Assembly: GCA_965207225.1 (NCBI GenBank)
Contig: CBDBLV010000004.1
Coordinates: 839,397 to 903,396 of the forward strand
Direction: 5' to 3'
Length of the DNA stretch: 64,000 nucleotides
DNA from: Dehalococcoidia bacterium
GTDB lineage: Bacteria > Chloroflexota > Dehalococcoidia > Plut-88900
The notes under the pieces were generated by a model. That model did not search any database. It was not told the origin of the DNA and worked only from the letters and a program-made list of their open reading frames with translations. This document shows positions 40,301-51,661 of the stretch, one piece after another. The position numbers and the translations under genes were made by a program. Numbering within the stretch: the first letter of the stretch is position 1; each line of letters opens with the position of its first letter.

Positions 40301-40395
40301 CGGAGGGCCTGACGTGTCAGACTACAATCGCTCAGAGACGGTTTTCGCCCTGGGAGGGCTGTAAGGGAATCAGGAATACATTGTAGAATACAATC
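40301..40395. other. Conserved intergenic block (candidate oriT), module B
   Basis: Inverted homolog of 26958-27050. Confidence 0.45.
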
Positions 40396-40538
40396 TGGGT
40401 GATATTCGTAGCTGATTGAAGGGGAATCCGAGGGAAGTGACGGGAATCCTGCGAGCAGTTTGACTGCGGGCTGGCGCTAAGTCTATTGCACTTATTGTAG
40501 TGTGGATATTGTAGTTTTCTGGGGTATAGGAGGCCCAC

Positions 40539-41414
40539 GTGAGTGATGCCAAGCAGTCCAGGCAAGGGGTTCCGGGCGACTCCGGCGATGCGACCATCTA
40601 CCTATCGGATGCCCCCCTATCGGACGACTCCCTACTGAACATGCTGGACGCCCTGGTGAATGACCGGGGCAAGGTCGCCGCGGCCAAGGCGCTGGGGGTG
40701 AACTACCGCACGATGACGGCCTGTCACGGGTCCCGCCGTGTGTCCCCTCGGATGCGGAGGGCGCTGGAGGAGTACCGGGACAAGCGCGTTGACGGCGATG
40801 GTGAGCGGGACGATGACGCTGGTGGCATTGCGAGGAAGATGGCCGCGCTGGAAGAACAGGTGAAGGCGTTGGAGACGGAGAACCAGGCCCTGCGGGAGAC
40901 CGTCGAAACACAGGCGGAGCAGATTAGAGAGTTGGAGCGCAATGCTGAAGGTCAGGAGGAAGGTGAAGGGCAGGAGATCGAGTCGGATGCGCCCGAGTCC
41001 AAGGATGAGGGTGAGGAAGGACAGAGACGCGAGTGGCGGCCTCCAAGACGGGAGCGCGGGCTTCCCGACGAGGGCGTCGTCACGTGGGAGGAACAGCCCG
41101 ACGAGGAGCGCGCCTTCGGCCCGGCGGCATCCCTGGTTGCCGAGTGGCGGGAGCTGCGGACCGGGGCTGAGGCTTTGGGCGGTCGGGTGGACCGGGCCAG
41201 AGCCTCGGTCCGACGGTGGGAGCTGGAGGTCGCCATGCTCGGCGACTACGGCCTGACGCTGCCGCCGGAGAGGGAGCCTCTGGACGCCTCGCGAAGGGAG
41301 AACCACCTGCGGTGGCGGCGGAAGGCCCTGGCCGAAGCAAGGCGGGCGTTGGCAAGGGCGGAGCGTATGCGGTGGCTCAGAAGAATGCTCACCCTCGGTC
41401 TGTGGTGGAGATGA
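40539..41414 (+). CDS. Conserved hypothetical protein, module B
   Basis: Paralog of 25969-26814, ends LRRMLTLGLWWR. Confidence 0.8.
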   Translation: MSDAKQSRQGVPGDSGDATIYLSDAPLSDDSLLNMLDALVNDRGKVAAAKALGVNYRTMTACHGSRRVSPRMRRALEEYRDKRVDGDGERDDDAGGIARKMAALEEQVKALETENQALRETVETQAEQIRELERNAEGQEEGEGQEIESDAPESKDEGEEGQRREWRPPRRERGLPDEGVVTWEEQPDEERAFGPAASLVAEWRELRTGAEALGGRVDRARASVRRWELEVAMLGDYGLTLPPEREPLDASRRENHLRWRRKALAEARRALARAERMRWLRRMLTLGLWWR

Positions 41415-41550
41415 AACGCTGTACGCTGGAGGATAGCATGAAGCGCCTGCGGCGGCCACACCCCGCTCAATGCGAAGGCCAATGCCGGTAGATGCGCTCC
41501 AGCGGAGAGATCATGCCGTTTGCGGGGAAGCTCCACTCGAAGTCAGTCCC

Positions 41551-42967
41551 GAGCTAATATCAGAAGTTGTGGAAATTGGAAATGCGTGAGTAAGAGAAAG
41601 GGCGTATCCTTCCAGGCGACTAAACCGTCAATGAGACGAGGAACTGGAGGAATACGCCGTGCGAGAAGTATACCAGACCGAAGGGAATGAGAACGTCGTC
41701 GGAGACACGCTGGAAGATATGTTCAGGGAAGGAGCGAGAAGGATGCTGGCAGCGGCCCTTGAGGAGGAGGTCAGCGCCTTCCTTGGGAGGGACCGCTACG
41801 AACGGTCCGACGAGTTTCGCGGATACCGCAATGGCTACCACATGAGCCGTGAGTTGACGGTGGGCGTGTCTGCGGTCGAAGTGAAGGCGCCCAGGGTGTC
41901 GGACGTGCCACGGGAGGTGTCTGCGGATGGATACAGTTCGCAGATAGTCGGCAAGTACCAGCGCAGTTCCCGCCAGACCCAGGAGCTGTTTCGGAAGCTG
42001 TACATGGAGGGACTATCGACCGGGGACTTCGAGCCGGCGCTTCGGGAACTGGTGGGAGAGACGACGGCGCTTAGCGCAAACGCTATCGTGAGGTTGAAGA
42101 GTCGTTGGGAGGACGAGAATCGGGCGTGGCGCAGTCGCCGCCTCGACTCTCGCCGGTACGCATATATCTGGGCTGACGGGGTGTACCTGGGAGCCGGCGT
42201 GGATCGGGAGAAGACGGCGCTGCTGTGCGTGGTGGGAGCGAGTGAGGATGGGACCAAGGAGCTATTGGGAATGGAACTCGGCTATTAGGGAGAGCGCGGA
42301 GAGCTGGGCCGGCGCGCTGCGTGGGTTGAGAGACCGTGGGATGGATACGCCGCTGCTTGCGATTGGAGACGGGGCTCTGGGTCTGTGGTCGGCGCTCGAT
42401 GCGGTGTTCCCCACGACGGGGCGCCAGCGCTGCTGGAACCACCGTGCGCTGAACCTGGCGGCGCGGCTTCCGAAGTCGTTGCAGTCGTCAGCGAGACGCA
42501 GGCTGCGGGAGATCTCCCACGCTCCCACTCGAGCGGAGTGTGAGCGGCTTCGTGACGAGTACGTCTCAGAGCTGAGCGCCGAGGGGCGCACTGATGCCGC
42601 CGAGACGGTGGTCCGGGACTGGGACTCGTTCGTGAGCTTCTACGACTTTCCGACTGAGCATTGGATCGATCTGAGAACGACGAACCCTCTGGAGTCGGTG
42701 TTCAGCGCGGTCAGGCTGAGGACGGATGCCGCTCGTCGGATGAAGCGGCGGGACAGCGTGTTGTACCTGGTGTTCAAGGTGGTCAGCAGGCTGAGTGAGA
42801 GATGGAGACCGCTGTATGGAGGTAGAAACCTGATGAAGCTGCTGATGGATGGAGCGAAGTTCGAGGACGGGGTCCTAACCGAGTTGCCGATGAGCGCTGA
42901 GGAGGCAGTCGCAGCCTGATGAACTAAACCGCCTGGAAGGAATTTCCACAACTTTTGACACAAGCTC
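41551..42967 (+). mobile_element. IS256-family IS, transposase (41659-42919) frameshifted near 42280
   Basis: IRs GAGCTAATATCAGAAGTTGTGGAAATT / AATTTCCACAACTTTTGACACAAGCTC; YRNG, IWADG, GDG..G, QRCWNH, RTTNPLES. Confidence 0.88.
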
Positions 42968-43025
42968 TCCCTTCCCCTTCCGGCTCGGATACGCTTTTTC
43001 CCAATTGAGCAGATAATCATTCAGC

Positions 43026-43502
43026 CTAGTAGTCCAGCAGTGAGTTCCTGAAGAAGTCGAGTACGACATGGCCCTCTTCGTAGAACTGTTTCACATCCTC
43101 GAAAGTAAGGTTCGAACCTATAGAGTGAGCAGTATCGTGACGATTGGTTATCAGGTTATTGTAGAACGTCTCAGCCCTTTGATTGGCCTGAGTAGCCATA
43201 ATATCATTCCTGAATGACGCTTTTATTTCGTCCCCGAATCGCTCCAACAGATCTCCTATGTTGCCAGACTGGATTCGGCTAATGCTCCCCACACATTCAC
43301 TTACGAGGCCTCTCAGCGACTCGTCTTCAATGAAATTGCACCGTTGTTGAACGATGGAATTTACCATCTGTTCAAATTCGGCATAAATCACTACCAATAA
43401 AGAATAAGTGAGTAACCGTTCGATCGGGGTTCCAAACGACCCGGTGGAGGATAAGTGATTCTCACAATCCTCCAAGGCCTTGTCGATCCGGGATATGCGC
43501 AA
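43026..43502 (-). CDS. HEPN-domain protein (RiboL-PSP/MAE_28990-like)
   Basis: YAEFE and NRHDTAH (R-x4-H); all-helical 158 aa. Confidence 0.72.
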   Translation of the reverse strand: MRISRIDKALEDCENHLSSTGSFGTPIERLLTYSLLVVIYAEFEQMVNSIVQQRCNFIEDESLRGLVSECVGSISRIQSGNIGDLLERFGDEIKASFRNDIMATQANQRAETFYNNLITNRHDTAHSIGSNLTFEDVKQFYEEGHVVLDFFRNSLLDY

Positions 43503-43513
43503 TTGATGTGCCT

Positions 43514-44635
43514 CTATCGGAACAAGACGCTTTTGGCCTGGTTGAAACGCTCACGGACTATCGATACGTCTGTTGTTCCTTGCCTTGTTCTAATGACGAA
43601 CGACTCATCATCTCGCAATCTGTTGTATCTGACCCTGATGTCATCTGGAATCGATGCCAGATTTTCTGAGAAAGCTACCATCACGGAATCCAAAACCGCA
43701 ACATTTACACCACTGCGACCATGAAAGGGCTTTTCCCCTAGGGAATCCAACACTTGTGCACAAGTGTTGCGGAATACTTCCTCACTTTGAAGGAGTAAGT
43801 TTTCTGGAGTATCACGATTTTTGCTCATGAACTTTGACAAGAAGTCCTTCATCGGTTTCTGATAGCTTGAGATATCCCTCATTGCGAAGAAACGAAGCAG
43901 TATCTCTATATCCTTCTTGCGACTATCTGGCATCGACTTGCCAAGGATTTTACGCCATTCGTCATTGGCATTCAGTCTCACCAAGAATTTTACGAAATTA
44001 CCACTATGCACGCAGTTGCGAATCTCTTGATTGGACAGCAGAGTACCTCCCGTGTTCAGGCGTTCGAAGATATGGTATATGCTCGTGTCGTCATCCGGTT
44101 CAAGTTGCTGGACAACAAAGGACCTGAGAACAGCGTTTTTTAACTTCCTTTGATCCGCATCCATGAGGTCATTAAAGGCTTTACCCAAGAAGCGACTGTC
44201 GTCATTTAGACCGCGAAGCCTAAACGTTCTCTTGCGACCTGATGCTTCGGGAAGATTCCCTTCCAAGAAATAGAAAATGCTCTTCAACCGTTGTTGTCCA
44301 TCTATAACAAGATAGTTTTGAGATTGACGCTCGGTATAGACAAACACAGGAGGTACTGGCAGGCCGACTAGAAAGGACTCGATAAGCTTACTGGATTGCG
44401 CTACCTTCCACACAAAGGCCCGCTGGAAATCTGGAATGATGATCTCACCAGCTTGCCATTTTTGATGCAAAACCTCCAAAGTGAAGTCGGCTGGGTATGT
44501 GGTGATCTGGTAGTCGGCAGGCGAACTAGTATAGTCGTCATCCTCAGAGGTGACGGGCTCTAACTCTAGGTCTGAAGAATGGAAACCCTGACGTTCAAAA
44601 TCGATACGGGCATCATAGCTCTCATGAGTTGTCAT
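43514..44635 (-). CDS. DUF262 (GmrS/ParB-like) protein
   Basis: PDFQRAFVW, SKLIES, IDGQQRL, IFERLNTGG, QEIRN. Confidence 0.88.
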   Translation of the reverse strand: MTTHESYDARIDFERQGFHSSDLELEPVTSEDDDYTSSPADYQITTYPADFTLEVLHQKWQAGEIIIPDFQRAFVWKVAQSSKLIESFLVGLPVPPVFVYTERQSQNYLVIDGQQRLKSIFYFLEGNLPEASGRKRTFRLRGLNDDSRFLGKAFNDLMDADQRKLKNAVLRSFVVQQLEPDDDTSIYHIFERLNTGGTLLSNQEIRNCVHSGNFVKFLVRLNANDEWRKILGKSMPDSRKKDIEILLRFFAMRDISSYQKPMKDFLSKFMSKNRDTPENLLLQSEEVFRNTCAQVLDSLGEKPFHGRSGVNVAVLDSVMVAFSENLASIPDDIRVRYNRLRDDESFVIRTRQGTTDVSIVRERFNQAKSVLFR

Positions 44636-44677
44636 CGCGGCCCTCCCAGACAATTATGTATGATAACCGCAGCGAGT

Positions 44678-44712
44678 GCTTGTGTCAAATGTTGTGGGAA
44701 TTCCTTCCAGGC
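44678..44712 (-). mobile_element. Isolated IS256 right end, inverted
   Basis: GCTTGTGTCAAATGTTGTGGGAATTCCTTCCAGGC matches reverse complement of 42931-42965 with two mismatches. Confidence 0.75.
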
Positions 44713-44772
44713 TATTGATCGATCAGAGTAGTGTCCCCTAGAGTGTCCGTATTGGAAGTCAACCCTCCTTAG

Positions 44773-46220
44773 CTGGACTTTGTACAAAACTTATAGAGGA
44801 CAGGATAAGCTGACGAGACTCAACCATCACGAAAGGTCATGTCATGCTTACCCTGCCCGATGCCATTGTACCCATTCTCAGTCCGTTCGCACCTGTGTTC
44901 CAGGCCAGGACATGGGCGAAAGTCCAGGTTATGCTGGTTGGGGCGGTTCTGGCTACGCGCAAGAGGACTGTTACCTCCGCGCTCCGCGCCATGGGACTCA
45001 GCAACGACCCCGGCTTTGCTCGGTACCACCACGTTCTCAATCGCCCTGTGTGGTCACCGCTCCAACTGAGCCGTGTGCCGCTGTCGCTTTTGGTAGAGCA
45101 TCTGGATCAGGGTGATGGTCCACTGGTGTCGGGGATAGATGAGACTTTGGAGCGACGACGTGGCGAGCAGATCAACGCCAAGGGAATATATCGCGACGCG
45201 GTGCGCTCCAGCGGGAGTCACTTCGTCAAGTCCTCCGGTCTGCGTTGGATAAGTCTGATGCTGTGACCGCCATACCCTGGGCACATCGTACATGGGCGCT
45301 GCCGGCGCTGACCGCGCTGGCGCCGTCCGAACTCTATCATATCGAGATCGGCAAACCCCATAAGAAGATCACCGATTGGGCGCGTCAGATGATCCTCCAG
45401 CTGCGTCGCTGGCTGCCCAACCGGCGCATCGTGGTGGTCGCTGACAGCAGCTACACTGCCCTGGACCTGCTCCACTTCTGTCAGTCCATGACTCGTCCGG
45501 TCACCTTCATTGCCAGACTGCGTCTCGACGCCGCGCTCTATGAACCCGCTCCGCCTCGTCGGCCCGGCCAGATGGGGCGTACGCGCGTCAAGGGCCAGCG
45601 TCTGCCCACGCTCAAGGTGCTTCTGGACTTGTCCCCATACGCGCTGGACGAGCGTGGCAGTCGCCTGGTGCGACGGCGCTACTCGGACGGTGGAGTTCAG
45701 CTCTCATACAGCGCTCTGGTATCACACGGGCAAGCCGCCCGTGCCCATTCGATGGACGCTCATTCAAGACCCGCTGCGGCAGTTCGACTCCCAGGTGCTG
45801 CTGTGTACCGATGATACGGTCGTTCCGGTCCAGATCATCGAGTGGTTCGTGTTGCGCTGGCAGATCGAGGTGACACTTCAGGAGGTACGGGCCCATCTGG
45901 GAGTGGAGACTCAACGCCAGTGGTCGGATCGCGCCATAGTCCGAACCACCCCTGCGCTGTTGGGACTGTTCTCCTGGATAACTCTCGCAGCCCACCTGCT
46001 GGGAAACCGCCAGCTGGCGACTCCACGATCAGCGGCCTGGTATGCCAAGACTGAGCCGACCTTCGTAGACGCCATCGCTCTGGCGCGTCGTCAGCTGTGG
46101 AGCGCCACTGGGACTTTTTGCATGTCGGAGCAGAAACCCGATATGCGGGAACTCCCCACACCGCTGTTCAACAAGTTCATAGAGTCGCTCTCTTATGCAG
46201 CGTGAATGTACAAAGTCCAG
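44773..46220 (+). mobile_element. IS701/IS4-like DDE IS, transposase broken into three frames
   Basis: TIRs CTGGACTTTGTACA / TGTACAAAGTCCAG; GIDETLERR, VADSSY, RWQIEVT. Confidence 0.85.
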
Positions 46221-46342
46221 ATAAGGGAGGTGCTTGTATCGCAATTGCGCTCGACTCTTGGAAATGGTATATTGCCAAGGAATCGGACGCGCGCATCTGG
46301 GCTGGGAACATTGTGATGCGCTCATAAGTTTCCGCCGGGAGT

Positions 46343-48631
46343 GTGAATCCGTTGACTAGCTCGCGGATAAGATATCGCCTCATTGGACTGGTGGGATTGC
46401 TATTAGCGGCGATCTCGGTATTGTCGGCGTGCGGAGACACTCCAGCCGCGCCGCCTGCTGGCGATAGCTTAGCCATAGTGCCAATCGCTACTGCCACCGC
46501 CACCCATACGCCGACCGTAACCGTTACCGTCTCACCGACAACCACACCATTCCCTACGCCGACCGCCATCGCCACAGCGGTAGTGCCCCATACACCGACT
46601 TCCACCGCTTCGCATACGCCGACCGCAACCGTTACCGTCTCGCCGACAACCATAGCGGTCCCTACGCTAACCGCCACCGCCACAGCGACGCCCACGCGCA
46701 GACCTACCCGCACTTCTCCAACGCCAACACCCGACCGTCGGAATGCTGACGATCTGGCCGCGCTTGTTGCCTTGTATGATTTAGCTGGCGGCCCAGATTG
46801 GTCATACAACAGATTTTGGCTTAGCGACGCTCCGCTTGGCGAGTGGTATGGGGTGAAAACAGACACCAACGGTCGCGTCATAGAGATAGACCTTGGAGCC
46901 ACTTTCGGTGGCTTCTACATCGGCGGCAACAATCTCAGCGGAACAATTCCGCATCAACTAGGACACCTTTCAGAGCTAAAGGAACTCGTACTAACTGGAA
47001 ACCCAAGATTGGGGGGAGAGATTCCCCGCCAATTGGGGCAGCTTTCCAAGTTGGAACAACTTACGCTCTCTGCAAACGACCTGAGCGGGTCTATCCCGTC
47101 GGAACTGGGGCGGCTTTCCAACCTTCAATGGCTTAACCTCTCCGATAACAACCTGAGCGGGTCTATCCCGTCGGAACTGGGGCAGCTTTCCAAGTTGGAA
47201 CAACTTGCGCTCTCTGCAAACAATCTGAGCGGGACTATCCCGCCGGAACTGGGGCGGCTTTCCAACCTTCGATGGCTTAATCTCTCCGATAACAACCTAA
47301 GCGGGAATATTCCGTCGGAACTGGAACAGCTTGCTAATCTGGAAGACCTGAGAATACACAACGCTAACTTGAGCGGATGTATTCCAGAACGCCTGTGGGC
47401 CGTGCCTAAGAGCGATCTTGTGTATTTCACAATGTGGAACCAATGTGTGCCTACGCCCACTCCAACTCCTATTCCGGGACCGGGCAGCAGGCAAATTCCA
47501 CTACCGTTCGGGGTTCCGGCAGAGGTCAGGAACAGTGAGGATGACCACTGGCAGATGACGGTGCTGAACATAATACCGAACGCTACTGAGGTCGTCATGG
47601 CTGAGAGCCATTTTAACGATCCGCCTGACGTGGGGGAGCAATTCTACATAGCAAGACTACGGGTGAAGTACTTGGGCCCCGATTCCAACAGTTTCAGTGG
47701 CATAGGCAGATTGAGAGCCGTTGGTGACGGCGGGATAGCCTATACGAACGGTTCGTGCGGAGGCTTCATTGAACGCATCCCCGACCCTCTCCTTTATCCG
47801 GAGCTATTCACTAACGGGACTATTGAAGGCAACGTCTGCTGGCATATAGTCTCATCCGACGCCGCCTCTCTGCTGATGTTCGTGGAAGGACCCGGGTATT
47901 GGCCCGACAGTAGCGAACGGGTTTGGTTCACTCTTTCCGGCGGCGTTCTACCGACCCCAACGCCAACGCCGACTCCAACACTCACGCCTATGCCAACCAT
48001 CACACCCACGCCTGGGCCCATCTCTACACCTGCAGACCTCGTGGAGCGAGTGAAGGATGGCGTAGTACAGGTCAGGGCAAGCACTGGTTCGTTCTTCGTG
48101 TTTTCTTCCACCGGCTCCGGGTTCATATTCGACGTAGAAGGAACTACGGCATTCGTAGCTACGAACTACCATGTCGTAGAGGGTGCGGACTCCTTGGAGG
48201 TCACGGTTCGCAACACGGACTCCTACGAAGCGTTGGTTCTGGGATGGGACGCTGATAGAGACGTGGCGGTTCTCGCCATATGCTGCTCGGAAGACTTCGC
48301 AGCGCTATCTTGGGAGGAGGCGTCGCCCGCTGTGGGGGCGCAGGTCGTTGCGGTAGGGTACCCAGACGGCGGTTCGGCGAGCCGCGTTACTGCGACTACG
48401 GGTGAGGTTGCGGAGGGGGACGCTCTGAGTGAGCAGCACGGCTATATCCGGCATACGGCGCCGCTGAACCCGGGCAACAGCGGCGGTCCGCTGTTCTCGA
48501 TGCCGGACGCCAAGGTCCTGGGAATCAATACATCTCGCGGCACACAGACACTCAGCTTCTACGCCGTGCCCTTGCAAGCGATTGCGGGTCAGATGGTGGA
48601 GTGGCGCAAACAACTGGTGGTCAGCCCGTAG
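46343..48631 (+). CDS. Lipoprotein: Thr/Pro linker, plant-type LRRs, beta-sandwich domain, trypsin-like serine protease
   Basis: Lipobox LSAC; 24-aa repeats NNLSG.IP.ELG.LS.L; triad motifs TNYHV, DVAVL, GNSGGP. Confidence 0.88.
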   Translation: MNPLTSSRIRYRLIGLVGLLLAAISVLSACGDTPAAPPAGDSLAIVPIATATATHTPTVTVTVSPTTTPFPTPTAIATAVVPHTPTSTASHTPTATVTVSPTTIAVPTLTATATATPTRRPTRTSPTPTPDRRNADDLAALVALYDLAGGPDWSYNRFWLSDAPLGEWYGVKTDTNGRVIEIDLGATFGGFYIGGNNLSGTIPHQLGHLSELKELVLTGNPRLGGEIPRQLGQLSKLEQLTLSANDLSGSIPSELGRLSNLQWLNLSDNNLSGSIPSELGQLSKLEQLALSANNLSGTIPPELGRLSNLRWLNLSDNNLSGNIPSELEQLANLEDLRIHNANLSGCIPERLWAVPKSDLVYFTMWNQCVPTPTPTPIPGPGSRQIPLPFGVPAEVRNSEDDHWQMTVLNIIPNATEVVMAESHFNDPPDVGEQFYIARLRVKYLGPDSNSFSGIGRLRAVGDGGIAYTNGSCGGFIERIPDPLLYPELFTNGTIEGNVCWHIVSSDAASLLMFVEGPGYWPDSSERVWFTLSGGVLPTPTPTPTPTLTPMPTITPTPGPISTPADLVERVKDGVVQVRASTGSFFVFSSTGSGFIFDVEGTTAFVATNYHVVEGADSLEVTVRNTDSYEALVLGWDADRDVAVLAICCSEDFAALSWEEASPAVGAQVVAVGYPDGGSASRVTATTGEVAEGDALSEQHGYIRHTAPLNPGNSGGPLFSMPDAKVLGINTSRGTQTLSFYAVPLQAIAGQMVEWRKQLVVSP

Positions 48632-48803
48632 CAGGCTGCAGAAGAAGGCTTGCTGAAGTCGCGTTCCCAAGGTTGTCGAGATAGAATGCACTCACCAACC
48701 CGACCAGCCGCAAAGGCGAACGTCCCATGAGAGGTCGGGGCAGTCCCCAGTTCACCATGCTCGCCTTCGTCAACCTCGACGGGCGCGTCCCAACGAGCCT
48801 GCT
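48630..48803 (+). mobile_element. Internally deleted IS5-group remnant (MITE-like)
   Basis: Ends AGCAGGCT / AGCCTGCT; encodes MRG...Q.TM..FV.LD.RVP, typical of an IS5-group transposase N-terminus. Confidence 0.55.
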
Positions 48804-50611
48804 CGACATAGACCTCGACTTCCCCCGCTCCATCAGGAACGAGCTGATCGAGCGAATCCACCGGCGCTTCGGCGTCGAGCGCGCCGTCCTAGCGGGCGCC
48901 GTGTCCACCTATCGGACTAGGGGCGTCATACGGGACTTGGGCAAGGCGCTGGGACTTCCGGGGGAACGGCTGGGCTTGCTGTCCAGGCGGCTGGGTTCAG
49001 TTTCGGCGTCGGAGTTGCGCGATGAGATGTTCAAAGCGCCGGACTTCGCCGACGCGGTCGACGCTCCGGGCTGGCGGGACCTGCTGGAGATGGCCTCGCA
49101 TCTCGCGGGCGCGCCGAAGTCGCTCGGGCAGCACGTAGGCGGCATGATCCTGAGCGGCTCCCCCATCCCCGAGATGACGCCGACGCGCCCCTCGGCTATC
49201 GAAGGACGCTTCATCATGGACTGGGACAAGGACAGCGCGGCGGACGCCGGCTTCGCCAAGATAGATATCCTCTCCCTCCCCGTGCTCGACCAGTTGGAGG
49301 AGGCCCTCGACCTGGTTGAGGAACGGGAGGGCGCGCGGCCCGACCTCGCCGCGATCAACCCCGAAGACGACGGCGTCTACGACATGATCAATACGGGCAT
49401 GGCCAAGGGGGTCTTCCTGCTGCAGTCGCCGGCGCAGCTTGCGATAGCGCGACGACTGAAGTCGCGCAACCTGCTGGACATCGCCTACCAGGTGGCGCTC
49501 ATACGTCCGGGGGTGGGCGTCCAGGGCAGCGCGGTGTCGCAGTTCATCGAGCGCTACAGACACGGGGCAGAGTGGGATTACGACCATCCGTTGGAGAAGC
49601 GGGCGCTGGAGCGCGGATGCGGGGTCATCATCTGGCAGGAGCAGGCGGTCCAGCTGCTGATGGACGTGGGCGGATTCGGAGCGGGAGAGGCGGACGAGGT
49701 ACGGCGAGCGTTCGCCAGGTCGAACGCCGAAGACCTGGTGGACGCGTACAGGCGGAGGTTCGTGGCTGGAGCCAAGAGCCAAGGCGTTCTGGAGGACGTC
49801 GCTCTGCGCATTTTCTCCAAGGTCAACGGCCACTACATGTTCCCCGAATCGCACTCTCACGCCTTCGGGGTGACGGCCTACCAGGCCGCCTGGCTCAAGA
49901 GATACCATCCGCTGGAGTTCTTCGTCGCGCTGATGAACCAGCAGCCGATGGGCTTCTACCCGGTCGAGTCGCTGAAGCAGGACGCGAGGCGATTCGGCGT
50001 TCCGTTCCTGAACCCGTGCGTGAACCGCTCCGGCGCGGACTGCTCGCCGCTGGACGGCTCGGTACTGGTGGGACTGCGCTTCGTGAAAGACGTGGGCGCG
50101 GACGCCGCGGTGCTCATCGCGGTCGAGCGCGTGCGCGGTGGCGCGTACCTGGGCGCGGGCGACTTGGCGCGGCGGACTGGTCTGAAGCCGCGCGCTGTGG
50201 AGTCGCGCGTTCGACGGGGTAAGCCCGAACCGCAGGGCGGTGCTCTGGGACGCCGGGCTGCACCCTCGCCCCGGCCGCAACGGGCAGGCGACGCTGCCGG
50301 CCAACATGGACGACGGGGTACCGGAGCTCGCCGACTTCACCGCCGCGGAGAAGATGGCGGGGGAGTACGCGACGATGGGGCTGTATCCTCGCGGGCATCT
50401 CATGGAGTTCGTCAGACCCACGCTGCCGCGCTCGGTGATTCCCGCCGCCAAAGTGGAGTCTCTCGGCGACGGCGCTCCGGTGACGGTGGCGGGCTGGCCG
50501 GTGGCGCGCCAGCATCCGAAGGGACGCGAGGGCGTGGCGAACGTGATCGCGTCGTCCGTCCGCGCGATTCCTGTGGGAGTCCGGATGCCGCCGTCGCATG
50601 ACTGGCGGTGA
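48804..50611 (+). pseudogene. dnaE2: Error-prone DNA polymerase III alpha (DnaE2/ImuC-like), truncated and frameshifted
   Basis: DIDLDF, GQHVGG, KIDIL, ALIRPG, FPESHS, NQQPMGFY; PHP domain absent; frameshift near 50210. Confidence 0.82.
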
Positions 50612-50759
50612 GAGATCTCCCCAAGAGTGACGAGGACATGGCGGCGAACTCTTCTAAAAGTGACGAGGATATGGTGGCGCGACTTGTTGCGTGAAGCGGC
50701 CGGCGGGGATACGATTGCGGGCGTGATCCAACGTTCGCTTGCAACCGAAGGGGAAAGCC

Positions 50760-51458
50760 ATGTGCGGCAGATTCAGCCTCATCGCCGATCTCGGCGAGCT
50801 CGCCAGGATGTTCGAGTTCGACGGCGACTGGGACGCCCTCGACGCTAGACACAACATAGCGCCGACACAGAGCATCCTGACCGTCGTGGGCGGCGAGGAC
50901 AGAAGGGCGGGCCTCATGCGCTGGGGGTTGATCCCCCGCTGGGCTAAGACCGCCTCGATTGGGGCGCGCATGATCAACGCCAGGGCGGAGACGGTAGCCG
51001 AGAAGCGGGCGTTCAGGGACGCCTTTCGCCGCCGCCGGTGCCTGGCGCTGGCGGACGGGTTCTACGAATGGCGAAGGGTCGGAAAGTCCAGGACGCCGAT
51101 GCGGATAGTCATGCGGTCGCGGGAGCCGTTCGCCTTCGCCGGACTGTGGTCGGTCTGGCGCGACGAAGACGGCAACCGCATTTCCTCATGCGCGATCATC
51201 ACGACGACGCCAAACGAGACGCTCGAGCCGATACACGACCGGATGCCGGTCATCCTGTCCAGGGAAGCCGAGAGGCTGTGGCTGGACGACGGCGTTGAGG
51301 ATCCCAATGCACTGTCCTCGGTACTCGTCCCATATCCGTCGGATCTGATGGAGGCGTACGAGGTGTCGTCTCTCGTCAACTCGGTTGCCAACGACGGGCA
51401 GGAAGTGATCGAGCCGGTTGGCGACTGGCGCCAGGGCGAACTCAGCCAAACGTCCTGA
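50760..51458 (+). CDS. SOS-response-associated peptidase (SRAP/YedK/HMCES)
   Basis: MCGRF, NIAPT, INARAET, DGFYEW, HDRMPVIL. Confidence 0.93.
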   Translation: MCGRFSLIADLGELARMFEFDGDWDALDARHNIAPTQSILTVVGGEDRRAGLMRWGLIPRWAKTASIGARMINARAETVAEKRAFRDAFRRRRCLALADGFYEWRRVGKSRTPMRIVMRSREPFAFAGLWSVWRDEDGNRISSCAIITTTPNETLEPIHDRMPVILSREAERLWLDDGVEDPNALSSVLVPYPSDLMEAYEVSSLVNSVANDGQEVIEPVGDWRQGELSQTS

Positions 51459-51661
51459 CGCTTGCGCCACACCCATATCCATGCCAACCACGGCGGAGGG
51501 TCGCGCTGATCCCAATGATCCATGGGCGAACCCGCCGTGTCAGGGCGTCATAAATGTCGCCTCCGACCGCGTCCAGGGTATCAGCCCCCACCCGTTTGCT
51601 GCTCTCGCGCAGCTGGTGGTAGCTCAGGCACGATCTCGTGTTCTCAGACGTCCGATAAGGC

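Noticed and set aside
25969-41414. A/B inverted duplication as a simple assembly duplicate
   Set aside because: The copies are clearly diverged and carry different slot genes, though the central junction still merits long-read confirmation
46930-47380. Regularly spaced repeats as a CRISPR array
   Set aside because: In-frame 72-bp LRR coding units with no unique spacers and no cas genes
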